DNA of 64,000 nt from Candidatus Limivicinus sp. (GCA_029264685.1 JARHZW010000055.1:1217-65216), one strand, 5' to 3'; numbered from the stretch's first letter, positions 8,274 to 17,680 are shown. The notes: generated by a model from the sequence alone, not told the origin. Made by a program: numbers and translations.

Positions 8274-9884
8274 TTACCAGCCCATGGAATCATCAAAATC
8301 AACAAGCGTTGGGTCCAGAGGCTCTTCGTGCAGCACACTCTGCATATACTGGTTTACAGCCCGTCTTGCCTCCGCAGGCGGAACTATGCGGGGGTCCATA
8401 AGAGAGTGCGGCATCCAGATGATGTTGTATTTATCTCTGTACTTGTTAAACTCCTCCTCAAGAAGCCCCGCAGCACTGGCCATACCCTTACAGCCCACAT
8501 CATCATACATAATTATGGTGTCGCAGTTGAATTTTTCAGCAGTTTCCCACATCTGCAGGATGTGTCTGTTACCGCCTACGGTGTGAGTACGCATGGGAGA
8601 ATGGGAGTACCAGTCGGACAGATCCTCCATAAGTTCTGTTTCATCGTCCAGCTCTATTATGTTATGGCCTGTCAGAGAGTCCATGTTCATAACGCAGAGT
8701 ATGCCCCAGCAGTTATACAGCCATCCGCTTGCATGAGTGTAATATGTAGAACCACAGCTCCATGCCAAGGCTCTGTGCCTCGTTTTGGGGAAGGTTTTTT
8801 CTTGTTTTTTTACCGCTTTCTGGAAGAGCTTCAGAGTTTTTTTAGAGGATGCCGCAAAATACTTTGTACCGCCCTGCTGATAGAAATAAATTCTGTACAA
8901 AGCCTGAACCACAGGGTTCAACGCAGCGTATGGAGTATTTGCAAATATATCCCAGCGCTCCAGTTCTTCCCTGTTTACCTGATTGGTCTTTGCAAGGTGT
9001 TCCCTGAAGGTATCCCAGTTAAATTTTTCTCCTGTCTGCTGTTCCAAAAATTCTATGGCGGCATACAGCTCATGGACGCCGAATTCTCTGGTGGTAGGGT
9101 CATCATACATAAGGGGAGAATTTACAACATAAACCGGCTTTCTGCCGTCATCCGAGAGCGCTCTGTACATAGCCGTATTATCCATCATGTTTGCGTCACA
9201 CGGATTGTTCGTTGACAGCCAGAAATTACCAATATCCGGGTATTCGCCTTCAACAGCAACGCCGGTCTCCACCAGAGGCAAAGTGCACATGTCTCCCGGT
9301 ATTCCTACGCTCACAGACTGGTCCAGATAATATCCCCCCAGCTCCTTTCTGAGCAGCGGAACCATAAAACCTGCCTGCTGCTGAATATTTATGGCTGTGT
9401 AGTCAGGAAAGCCGAAGAAGATATGTTTAGGCAGTGTGTAATCTATAGCCACTGTTTTCTCGGTGTATTTATTTTCCCCGAATCTTCTGTCCGCCCTTAT
9501 CATCTTCCAGATTGTGTCTATGGTATCACTTATCATGCAGTCTATACCCACAAGGTCGCACTTCAAAACCAGACCTCTGTCACCCTCGGTCCAGCGGTCA
9601 ACCATGGCAGGAGCGGTAAGATAGGCGCTGAGCCAGCGGTACTTCCAGAATGCTTTGGCCATCCTCACCGGATTTCTGGCCACAAGGCCGGTCATTTTAA
9701 TCCATGTATACAGCCAGTATCCAAAGGCAACGCCTGTATCCTTTACTCCTCTCCACTCTCTTCTGGCAAAAATATTTGTGTTTTCAATATAGCGCTGACC
9801 TATGTAATGGCATTCTTCATCCCCCTTGAGGAAATGCCCTAAAGTGCCGTACTGCTGCTTAATGCTGTATTTTCTTTTCCACAT
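8274..9884 (-). CDS. 2-hydroxyacyl-CoA dehydratase family protein, large (alpha-like) subunit, copy 2
   Basis: 536 aa. The internal block NNPCDANMMDNTAMY..PVYVVNSPLMYDD resembles the HgdA block CNNICNCMTKWY..PLIMIDVPYNE. It starts 2 nt after the stop of 9887..11092, with a GGAGG RBS. Confidence 0.8.
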   Translation of the reverse strand: MWKRKYSIKQQYGTLGHFLKGDEECHYIGQRYIENTNIFARREWRGVKDTGVAFGYWLYTWIKMTGLVARNPVRMAKAFWKYRWLSAYLTAPAMVDRWTEGDRGLVLKCDLVGIDCMISDTIDTIWKMIRADRRFGENKYTEKTVAIDYTLPKHIFFGFPDYTAINIQQQAGFMVPLLRKELGGYYLDQSVSVGIPGDMCTLPLVETGVAVEGEYPDIGNFWLSTNNPCDANMMDNTAMYRALSDDGRKPVYVVNSPLMYDDPTTREFGVHELYAAIEFLEQQTGEKFNWDTFREHLAKTNQVNREELERWDIFANTPYAALNPVVQALYRIYFYQQGGTKYFAASSKKTLKLFQKAVKKQEKTFPKTRHRALAWSCGSTYYTHASGWLYNCWGILCVMNMDSLTGHNIIELDDETELMEDLSDWYSHSPMRTHTVGGNRHILQMWETAEKFNCDTIIMYDDVGCKGMASAAGLLEEEFNKYRDKYNIIWMPHSLMDPRIVPPAEARRAVNQYMQSVLHEEPLDPTLVDFDDSMGW

Positions 9885-9886
9885 AT

Positions 9887-11092
9887 TTATGCCTCCATTA
9901 CGGTCTGAATGCGTTTAATTTCAAGACTTTCCACAAATGCCTGAAATCTTGTGCGGAGCTGACCGGTGGCAGCATTGGTGTAATCCCGCTCTATCTGGCA
10001 AACAGGCATTGTGCCGGGAAGCTGAAAACCGTCCATCATCCAGTTTGAGATTTGAGCACGCTCATAGCCCCAGTACTCACAGAACTTCATGCTTTCAACC
10101 AGAATTCCGTCTGCGCCGTATTCCTGAGCCAGATCGTAAAGATAGCGCTTGCGTCCGATAATATTTTCCTGTCCCATAGATCTTGGGCACTGATTTTCAT
10201 TGAGATACTTTTCCGCAATAGCGTCAATGGCCGTCTGCCCCTCTTTAACGAATATCCTGTCTCTGCCGGGGAGCGAGCCGAAGCAGTACCTGTCCGCAAC
10301 AACTATAGCTCCGCACTCCTCAAGGATTTTCGTAAACTCGGGATCGTCTATCTCCGCACCTACAACCATAATCCTTGCCCTGTATTTGTTTTCGCTGTCC
10401 GGCTCCCGGTCATAAACCTCTTCAAGGGTCTCTCTCAGATAAGGAAGAATAAGATATTTGGGACATACAAGGCTTACAAGCTGTATTACATGGAATTCAT
10501 AGCCTGTAATGGGCGGATTGGGAAGCTTACGCATATTTCCAAGTTCTGTAATAATACCGCAAACCTCATTATGCAGTTCAATAGCTTCAAGCAGCTTTTC
10601 CTCTGAAAAATCCACGCCGTAGACCTTTTCCAGCGGTTCAATTATTTTTTTCTGTATCTGTCTCTTGTAGTAGCCCACATACCACTCGGTCTTTTTAAAC
10701 GGAACATCCATAAAGCTGGTGAAAAATTTCTCTTTAGGGATAAGCTTGCAATAGTCAAAATACTGTTCCATCCTGTTCATAGTGGCGCAGCATTCCTGTC
10801 CGATGAGAGCATCAATGAAGTTGTACCCACCCTCAAAAGCACGTTCAAGGATACTCTTAGAATACGGACAGCAGCGATTGGTCATGTAATAGGTGGCAAG
10901 ATCCGGACTTACACATCGGGGTGCCCTCAGCCGAACGCCAAAGCATCCGTCCACATCCAGCAGCACCTCCGGAATATGAGAACAGTCATATGCCAGCGCA
11001 ATTTTCCCTTCCCGGCAGGCCTTTTTCACAAATTCGTTGTTGGCCTCCTGCAGAAGGTTTTCAAACAAAATCAAGTGCTTTAGGTCTCGCAT
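9887..11092 (-). CDS. 2-hydroxyacyl-CoA dehydratase family protein, small (beta-like) subunit, copy 2
   Basis: 401 aa, colinear with 964..2169: MRDLKHLILFENLL, KLPNPPITGYEF, GQLRTRFQAFVESLEIKRI. Confidence 0.8.
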   Translation of the reverse strand: MRDLKHLILFENLLQEANNEFVKKACREGKIALAYDCSHIPEVLLDVDGCFGVRLRAPRCVSPDLATYYMTNRCCPYSKSILERAFEGGYNFIDALIGQECCATMNRMEQYFDYCKLIPKEKFFTSFMDVPFKKTEWYVGYYKRQIQKKIIEPLEKVYGVDFSEEKLLEAIELHNEVCGIITELGNMRKLPNPPITGYEFHVIQLVSLVCPKYLILPYLRETLEEVYDREPDSENKYRARIMVVGAEIDDPEFTKILEECGAIVVADRYCFGSLPGRDRIFVKEGQTAIDAIAEKYLNENQCPRSMGQENIIGRKRYLYDLAQEYGADGILVESMKFCEYWGYERAQISNWMMDGFQLPGTMPVCQIERDYTNAATGQLRTRFQAFVESLEIKRIQTVMEA

Positions 11093-11531
11093 ATAAATCC
11101 CCCTTTTACAGATATTTTCAGCACTTATTGATTATACTAAAATATTAACAATGCGTATAACCGCTGTCAACAAAGAACTGCATTTTCGTATATATTGTCA
11201 GAAATATAACCTACTTTTTAGTTGTTTTAGCTATGGACATTCTATGCTTTCTGTCTAATTTTGGAATTATTTTCTATATTTATTAAACAGCGGGTGATAT
11301 GGCATATAATTGATTATATTTAATCTCATCTTTCGCACTCCGCCTTAGATTACACTTTGTATACATATGTAACAACTTTATTGCACTTTTGTATATAAAG
11401 TAAAATATGACTAAAATCACCGTCTGTTAAATCAGGTCTTTAAGCGTTTGAATATAGGTAATAACTTTTACACAAAGCTTGTTGCAGGAGTAGTTTTGTG
11501 CTATCATGTAAGAAAACTTTCGGAGGAAAAA

Positions 11532-11945
11532 ATGGAAAAAGAACTTATACACGACCCCATATTTCTCGCTGCCAAGTCTCAGCCTGCTGACAGCAGCGAC
11601 GCAGATACCGCCCGTGACCTGCTGGACACCCTTAAAGCCCACAAAGACAGCTGCGTCGGAATGGCGGCAAATATGATAGGCGTCACAAAAAGAATTATCG
11701 CATTTGAAAACGGACCCGGCTACATGGTAATGTACAATCCGGAGATAATCAAAAAATCAGGCCCCTTTAATACCGAAGAGGCCTGCCTGTCCCTGCTTGG
11801 CGGTCCGAGAAAAACCCGCCGCTTCAAGAAGATAAAGGTTCAGTATCAGAATGAGGATTTTGAAACACGGGTAAAAAGCTTTGAGGGCTTCACAGCCCAG
11901 ATAATTCAGCACGAGATCGACCACTGCAACGGAATTTTGATTTAA
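11532..11945 (+). CDS. def: Peptide deformylase-like protein, short form (137 aa) with an atypical motif 1
   Basis: Motif 3 QHEIDHCNG and motif 2 EACLS are present. Motif 1 reads GMAANMIG, so Met replaces the usual Gln. ATG at 11532 follows GGAGG; the longer track ORF from 11448 has no RBS. Confidence 0.75.
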   Translation: MEKELIHDPIFLAAKSQPADSSDADTARDLLDTLKAHKDSCVGMAANMIGVTKRIIAFENGPGYMVMYNPEIIKKSGPFNTEEACLSLLGGPRKTRRFKKIKVQYQNEDFETRVKSFEGFTAQIIQHEIDHCNGILI

Positions 11946-11951
11946 GCAAAA

Positions 11952-11985
11952 AGGACAGAGTACATTATGTACCCTGTCCTTTTTC
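11952..11985. terminator. Hairpin terminator between def and the GNAT remnant
   Basis: aggacagagtac-atta-tgtaccctgtcct followed by tttt. Confidence 0.7.
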
Positions 11986-11987
11986 TC

Positions 11988-12200
11988 TTATAAACTCAAT
12001 TCAAAAATGCCGCCGTCAAAAACAATATCCCTGCCGTCATCATCCCTATAGAACGATACTTTTTCCTCGCCCGCCTGTTGAAAACCTAAGGAATTGAGCA
12101 AGTTTACAGAGGGTATGTTTTTCAGTGCCGTACCCACCGTAATTTTTGCAATGCCCCTTTCAAGCTTTGCTGTCAGATAATTCAGGTAAATTGCACTGCA
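11988..12200 (-). pseudogene. 3' remnant of a GNAT (RimJ/RimL-like) N-acetyltransferase gene
   Basis: A 70-codon open frame with no plausible start or RBS: CSAIYLNYLTAKLERGIAKITVGTALKNIPSVNLLNSLGFQQAGEEKVSFYRDDDGRDIVFDGGIFELSL. The N.PS.NLL..LGF...GE pattern is typical of a GNAT C-terminus. It begins directly after the tandem stops TGA-TAA of the ABC-F gene, in the same frame. Confidence 0.55.
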
Positions 12201-12203
12201 TTA

Positions 12204-13976
12204 TCACTGAGCATCTATTTTTTCTTTCAGCTCATTGAGATAAACCCAGCGCTCGGTTTTTTCCTCAAGCTTTGCTTCAAGCTCTGCCTGCTTTGCCTGC
12301 AATTCCTGAAGCTTCACATAGTCGGAGCAGAATTTTGCCTGCTCTGCCTCGCAATCGGCTATCTCCTGTTCTATTGCCGCCAGATCATCGTCTATGGTTT
12401 CAAATTCACGCTGTTCATTATAGCTGAATTTAAGCTTTTTCTGCTTGGGTCTGTCCTGCTGAACCTTTGGCTTTTCCGCTTTTGACGGTGTCTGCTCCGC
12501 TTTCCGCTTTTCCGCCCAGTCTGTCCAGTTGCCGTTATACTGCTCAACGCTGCCGTCACCTTTAACCTCAAAAATGGTTTCGGCCAGACGGTCAAGGAAA
12601 AAGCGGTCATGGGAAACCGCAATTATAGGTCCGGGGAAGCCCTGCAAATAATCTTCCAGAATAGACAGAGTCATAATATCAAGGTCGTTTGTAGGCTCAT
12701 CCAGAAGCAGGACGTTAGGTGCCGCCATTAGCACGGACAGCAGATACAGTCTGCGCCGCTCTCCGCCGGAAAGGCTGCCTATAGGCAAAGACTGCATGGC
12801 ACTGGGGAACATGAAGCGCTCCATCATCTGAGCGGCGGTAAAGGTTCCCTCTGCGGTTTTAAGCTCTGCTGAAATTTCATGGATAAAGTCATACACCCTC
12901 TGATTCAAGTCCAGCTCACGGCCTTCCTGAGTAAAATAGCCTATCTTAACGGTGGGTCCCATGTCAACCTCTCCCCAATCAGGCTGTAAGCGTCCTGCAA
13001 TTATATTCAAAAGGGTGGATTTTCCGGCGCCGTTATGCCCCACTATACCTATTCTGTCATCACGGAGCAGATTATAGCTGAAATTGCTTATAACCTCCCC
13101 TGCTCCGTATGATTTGCTCACATTTTTAAGCTCAATTATTTTTCTGCCAAGCCGGCTGGCGGCGGCAGTCATCTGCACATTGTCGTCGTACTCGGGCGCA
13201 TCCTGATTGAGTAAATTTTCGTAACGCTGTATTCGTTCCTTTGACTTTGTGGTTCTGGCCTTGCAGCCACGCATTATCCACTCTCGCTCGTGGCGCAGGA
13301 TCGACTGACGCTTTCTCTCTGAAGCCTCCGCCATTTCCTGCCGTTCTGCCTTCAGTTCCAGATACCGTGAATAGTTTGCCTCATAATGATAGAGCTTCCC
13401 TCTGGACAGCTCCGTTATATGGTTTGAAACGTGCTCAAGAAAGTATCTGTCATGGGTAACCATGGCAATGCCGCCCCTGAACTTCCTCAGCCGCTCTTCA
13501 AGCCACATGGTCATATCCGTATCCAGATGGTTTGTAGGCTCGTCCAGAATCAAAAGGTCAGCCGGCTGAATAAGTACTGCCGCCAGAGCAACACGCTTGC
13601 GCTGACCTCCGGAAAGGCTGCCTATTTTCTGAGAATAGTCTGTGATACCAAGCTTTGTGAGCATGGTCTTTGCCTCGTACTCGTTAATGTCCCGAAACTC
13701 CTCGGGGCAATGCAGGAAAACCTGCTCCAAAACCGTGGCGTTGTCATCCATAACGGGGTTTTGAGGCAGATAACTGATCTGCACATTGGGGTCGGGGCGG
13801 ATTTCTCCCTCATCAGGCTTAACAGCCCCTGCAAGCATTTTTAAAAAAGTGGATTTACCTGTTCCGTTTATACCTATGATACCGCACTTGTCCCCTTCGC
13901 TGATGTAAAAATTCACATCGTCCAAAAGCTGGCGCATACCGTAATTTTTAGAAATATGTTCTGCGGATAAAAGCAT
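12204..13976 (-). CDS. ABC-F family ATPase (two ABC domains, no TM domain, coiled-coil C-terminal tail; Uup/YfmR-like)
   Basis: Two Walker A motifs (GINGTGKST, GHNGAGKST) and two signatures (LSGGQRKR, LSGGERRR), plus a charged coiled-coil tail. ATG at 13976 has AGGAGG upstream; the N-terminal 36 aa of the track ORF look spurious. Confidence 0.9.
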   Translation of the reverse strand: MLLSAEHISKNYGMRQLLDDVNFYISEGDKCGIIGINGTGKSTFLKMLAGAVKPDEGEIRPDPNVQISYLPQNPVMDDNATVLEQVFLHCPEEFRDINEYEAKTMLTKLGITDYSQKIGSLSGGQRKRVALAAVLIQPADLLILDEPTNHLDTDMTMWLEERLRKFRGGIAMVTHDRYFLEHVSNHITELSRGKLYHYEANYSRYLELKAERQEMAEASERKRQSILRHEREWIMRGCKARTTKSKERIQRYENLLNQDAPEYDDNVQMTAAASRLGRKIIELKNVSKSYGAGEVISNFSYNLLRDDRIGIVGHNGAGKSTLLNIIAGRLQPDWGEVDMGPTVKIGYFTQEGRELDLNQRVYDFIHEISAELKTAEGTFTAAQMMERFMFPSAMQSLPIGSLSGGERRRLYLLSVLMAAPNVLLLDEPTNDLDIMTLSILEDYLQGFPGPIIAVSHDRFFLDRLAETIFEVKGDGSVEQYNGNWTDWAEKRKAEQTPSKAEKPKVQQDRPKQKKLKFSYNEQREFETIDDDLAAIEQEIADCEAEQAKFCSDYVKLQELQAKQAELEAKLEEKTERWVYLNELKEKIDAQ

Positions 13977-14148
13977 AGCCGCCTCCTGATACTGCAATGA
14001 TTTAAGTTTCGCTTTCCGCCTGACGGCAAAAAGCGCAATAGTTGTTTTACTGACATTGTACCATACAGGAAGAGATTTGACCATGTTAATTTCCGTCTTT
14101 CATTTTTGCTTTTTTTCTGCTAAGATGTGAAAAAAGCGAGGTGTTACT

Positions 14149-14904
14149 ATGAGTGAAAACAAATGTCTCGAGGTCTGTGTTGACAGCTTCTCTTCTGCCG
14201 TCGCTGCAATAAAAGGCGGCGCAGACAGGCTTGAACTGTGTACCTGCCTGCTGGCAGGCGGACTTACCCCTGATGTTGTACTTTTAGAGCAGATAAGGGA
14301 AGTAAGCAATATACCCGTCCGCTGCCTGATGCGGCCCAGATTCGGTGATTTTCTATACACCGAGGATGAAGTGGAGCTGATGGAAAAGCAGATCAAAAAT
14401 CTCCGTTCTGCGGGGGCCGACGGCTTTGTCATAGGCTGTCTTACTCCTCAGGGTGAGCTTGACCTTCGCAAAATGGATCGACTCATTTCTGCCGCAAAAG
14501 GCAAAGGACTTACCCTGCACAGAGCCTTTGATGTGAGCAAGGACGGAATAAAATGCGCCCGCCAAGCCGCCCAGGCGGGCATTGACACCATTCTTACCAG
14601 CGGTCAGGCTCAAAGCGCATGGGAAGGGCGTGAATTTATTGCACGGCTCACAAGGGAAAAGCTGCCCCTTACAATTATGGCAGGTGCAGGAATAAACGCA
14701 GAAGTCATAGGAAAGTTTCTTCAGCTTCTGCCCCTTAACACCTTCCACATGAGCGGTAAGGTGACATTGCAAAGCAAAATGGTGTTTCGCCGTGAGGGAG
14801 TCCCCATGGGGCTTCCTGGCATAGATGAGTTTCAGGTCTGGCAGACCGATGAAAACGCCGTACGGCAGGCAGCGGAAGTTCTGAGGGGGAATACGCAATG
14901 TTAA
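14149..14904 (+). CDS. cutC: CutC family protein
   Basis: LEVCVDSFSSAVAAIKGGADRLELC..GGLTP is the CutC TIM-barrel N-terminal signature. 251 aa. Confidence 0.85.
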   Translation: MSENKCLEVCVDSFSSAVAAIKGGADRLELCTCLLAGGLTPDVVLLEQIREVSNIPVRCLMRPRFGDFLYTEDEVELMEKQIKNLRSAGADGFVIGCLTPQGELDLRKMDRLISAAKGKGLTLHRAFDVSKDGIKCARQAAQAGIDTILTSGQAQSAWEGREFIARLTREKLPLTIMAGAGINAEVIGKFLQLLPLNTFHMSGKVTLQSKMVFRREGVPMGLPGIDEFQVWQTDENAVRQAAEVLRGNTQC

Positions 14905-17357
14905 GCCGTGAAGCAGAGCTTTATTCCCATGAGCTGTGGGAAACCGCCAAACCCGCCTTAGGCCCTTTTGGGCAGGAATTGCAGGAAAAGCTCTCTCCAT
15001 ATCAAGGTGATATGAAAGCTCTTCTGGAGCTCTCCTGCGGCAGTCTCCCTGCCTCCGACCTTGCCTGTGTGGATTTCAATGTGTTTGTCTCATACGCCAG
15101 ACACGCCCTTATGTTAAGAGGGGCTTCCCCTTACTGCAAAGATATACCTGAGGATATTTTCCTCCATTGTGTGTTTTATCCACGGATAAATTCAGAGGAT
15201 TTGGTGGATTGCCGCAGCTTTTTTTATGATAAACTGAAGGACATCGTTTCAGGCCTGAACGGCAGAGATGCGGCACTGGCAGTCAACCGCTGGTGCGGTG
15301 AAAACATGAGCTACGAAATGACGGACAACCGTACCGTAAACCCGCTCACGGCCTACTCCTGCGGACTTGGCCGCTGCGGAGAAGAGAGTACCTTTGCCGT
15401 CACCGCTCTTCGTTCCGTAGGAATTCCGGCAAGACAGATTTATGTGCCATGGTGGAGCCATTGCGACGATAATCACGCATGGGTAGAGTGCTATGTGGAC
15501 GGGGATTGGCACTTTTTAGGAGCCTGCGAACCTGAGCCGCAGCTTGACAGAGGCTGGTTTGCAAACGCCTCCGGCAGGGCTATGGTGATTTGCTCCAGAA
15601 ACTACTTTTCCTACACAGGTGAGGGTCTGAAGGACGAAGCGCTGATATTAAAAAGCGGAATCTGCCTTGCCTACAACCAGATAAGCCGTTACGCCCAAAC
15701 CGCCAGAACCACAGTATGGGTAAAATCTCAATCCGATGAGCCAATAAATGGAGCATGGCTGCGCTTTTATGTGGAAAACATGGCAAGTCTTGCCTGCATT
15801 GCCGCTCTGCAAAGCGATGAACAGGGCTGCGTCACCATAGAAACAGGCCTTGGCAGTGTGCTCATAGAGGCGGAAGCCGACGGGAAATTTTCATGGGAAA
15901 AAATAGATGTAATCGGAGACAGCAGCTTTACGCTGTACCCTCTTCTGGATACTCCGCCATTAGGCGAAGAGGACTGGGATTTTAAAGCTCCGCAGGCCGT
16001 GTACAGATTCAAGACTGATTTAAGCTCTGAAGAGCAGGCACAAAGAGCCGAAACCCTCCGTATCTGCGAAGAAAGGCGTCTGAAACGCATAAACTCCTAC
16101 TACCTCAAAAAATACGAAAGCGCAGACAGACGGATGCAGGAGGTTCTCCGCATGGCGGCCGGTCACGCAGAAGTCCTCTGGGAATTTTACTGCAAATACG
16201 GCAAAGCGGCAGAAGAGATTCTCACCGGCCTTACACCTAAAGACTGGCGTGACTGCCCCGCTTCCGTTCTGGTTTCCCACATTGAGGGTGCAGAAAAGTT
16301 CAAAACTCAGGACGAAAGCTTTATTCCCTACATTCAGTGTCCCAGAATAGGTTTGGAATTTTTAAGTCCGTGGAGAAAACCCGTTGAAAACGCTCTCAGC
16401 CAAACCCAAAAAATTGAATTCAAAACAGCTCCGAAAAAACTCTGGCAGTGGATCTGCGAAAATTTCAAAGAGGGAAACTGCCGTTTTCTCCCTGTACTGT
16501 GGCTTCAGCCTGAGGGTGCCTTGAAGCTGGGCGCTGCGGATCTAAAGGGACGCAGATTGCTTTTTACCGCAATAATGCGTACCCTGGGCACAGCGGCAAG
16601 ACTAAACCCCATAGACGGGCGGGCCGAATATTTAAAAGATTCTGTTTTTCATTCCGTTGAGGCCCTTGAGCCAGACGAAGCAAAGGCAGTGCTTCATATA
16701 AAGGCTCACAGCTCCATGGTGTACGCTCAGAACTGGGGTCTTTCACACTGGGCAGGCCGCTGGCAGAATCTGGATTTAGGCGGGGCGGATTTAAGCGCCC
16801 CGGAGCTTCCCGTGGGCATATATATGCTCCATACGGTGAACCGTCTGCCCAACGGAAACCAGCTGATTTCCCACCGCACTTTTGAGCTTAATACCCCCAT
16901 GGAGCTTACTGTAAATAAGCGCATGGCCGCACCTGAACAGCTTCTGGCAAGCTTTAAAGCTCCCCTGCCGGTTAAAACCGACGGCATTGAATTGCAGCTT
17001 TATCTGGAGGCAGGGACGGAACCTACGGAGCACAGTCTAAACGAGCTTATCGCCGCAAGGGACAGAGTCAGCCGGGCTATGGAAAATGGTCTCAGCCTCA
17101 GATTCATTATCCCCTCTTCCCATGCTCTGGAAAATCCTACTCTGGCAAAGGCACTGAAAATGATAAACGGCATCAAAGTTCAGGAAACGGACTTCAGCTC
17201 GGCCTCCCTTGAAGCACTGGCAAGAGCACTGTATCTTGAGCCGGGTATGTGGCCTCTTATATGTCTGAGTGACGGAGAAACCGCCTACTACGGTCACGGC
17301 GGCTACGCTGTAGGCTCTGTAGGGCTTGCATTAGAGCTTTCGGAGTTAATTTTATAA
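14898..17357 (+). CDS. Large cytoplasmic transglutaminase-like (Cys-His-Asp papain-fold) domain protein
   Basis: Core GRCGEESTFAVTALRSVGIPARQIYVPWWSHCDDNHAWVECYVDGDWHFLGACEP. No signal peptide. Overlaps the cutC stop by 7 nt. Confidence 0.8.
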   Translation: MLSREAELYSHELWETAKPALGPFGQELQEKLSPYQGDMKALLELSCGSLPASDLACVDFNVFVSYARHALMLRGASPYCKDIPEDIFLHCVFYPRINSEDLVDCRSFFYDKLKDIVSGLNGRDAALAVNRWCGENMSYEMTDNRTVNPLTAYSCGLGRCGEESTFAVTALRSVGIPARQIYVPWWSHCDDNHAWVECYVDGDWHFLGACEPEPQLDRGWFANASGRAMVICSRNYFSYTGEGLKDEALILKSGICLAYNQISRYAQTARTTVWVKSQSDEPINGAWLRFYVENMASLACIAALQSDEQGCVTIETGLGSVLIEAEADGKFSWEKIDVIGDSSFTLYPLLDTPPLGEEDWDFKAPQAVYRFKTDLSSEEQAQRAETLRICEERRLKRINSYYLKKYESADRRMQEVLRMAAGHAEVLWEFYCKYGKAAEEILTGLTPKDWRDCPASVLVSHIEGAEKFKTQDESFIPYIQCPRIGLEFLSPWRKPVENALSQTQKIEFKTAPKKLWQWICENFKEGNCRFLPVLWLQPEGALKLGAADLKGRRLLFTAIMRTLGTAARLNPIDGRAEYLKDSVFHSVEALEPDEAKAVLHIKAHSSMVYAQNWGLSHWAGRWQNLDLGGADLSAPELPVGIYMLHTVNRLPNGNQLISHRTFELNTPMELTVNKRMAAPEQLLASFKAPLPVKTDGIELQLYLEAGTEPTEHSLNELIAARDRVSRAMENGLSLRFIIPSSHALENPTLAKALKMINGIKVQETDFSSASLEALARALYLEPGMWPLICLSDGETAYYGHGGYAVGSVGLALELSELIL

Positions 17358-17361
17358 GTAA

Positions 17362-17396
17362 AATGCCCTTTATGTACACTGTACATAAAGGGCATT
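17362..17396. terminator. Long perfect hairpin between two convergent genes
   Basis: aatgccctttatgtaca-ct-gtacataaagggcatt. The T-run is present only on the minus-strand reading, so it mainly serves yabO. Confidence 0.7.
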
Positions 17397-17423
17397 ACAG
17401 CTTCAAAGAAGTCGCCTGTTCGG

Positions 17424-17666
17424 TTATTCGATTTCCTTATACATGGCAGGGGCGGAGGCTTTATTGGCCGTTTCATTTATCTCCGTAACTTCCACCTTCA
17501 AAGTGCGCTGGCCGAAGGCAACCTCTATTACATCGCCCACTTTAACCTGATAGCTGGCTTTTACGGTTTTCCCGTTTACGCTGACACGCTCTCCGTCGCA
17601 GGCGTCATTTGCAACCGTTCTGCGCTTTATAAGTCTTGAAACCTTCAAGAATTTATCAAGTCTCAT
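17424..17666 (-). CDS. yabO: S4-domain RNA-binding protein (YabO/Hsp15-like)
   Basis: MRLDKFLKVSRLIKRRTVANDACDGERVSVNGK, 80 aa. Confidence 0.85.
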   Translation of the reverse strand: MRLDKFLKVSRLIKRRTVANDACDGERVSVNGKTVKASYQVKVGDVIEVAFGQRTLKVEVTEINETANKASAPAMYKEIE

Positions 17667-17680
17667 TTTCCTTCTCCTTT

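Noticed and set aside
11093-11531. Small ORFs or a riboswitch in the 440-nt AT-rich spacer between dehydratase copy 2 and def
   Set aside because: The candidate ORFs (27-35 aa) lack RBSs. I recognised no structured-RNA motif. I could support only the def promoter (TTGTTG-17-TGcTATCAT at about 11479-11507).
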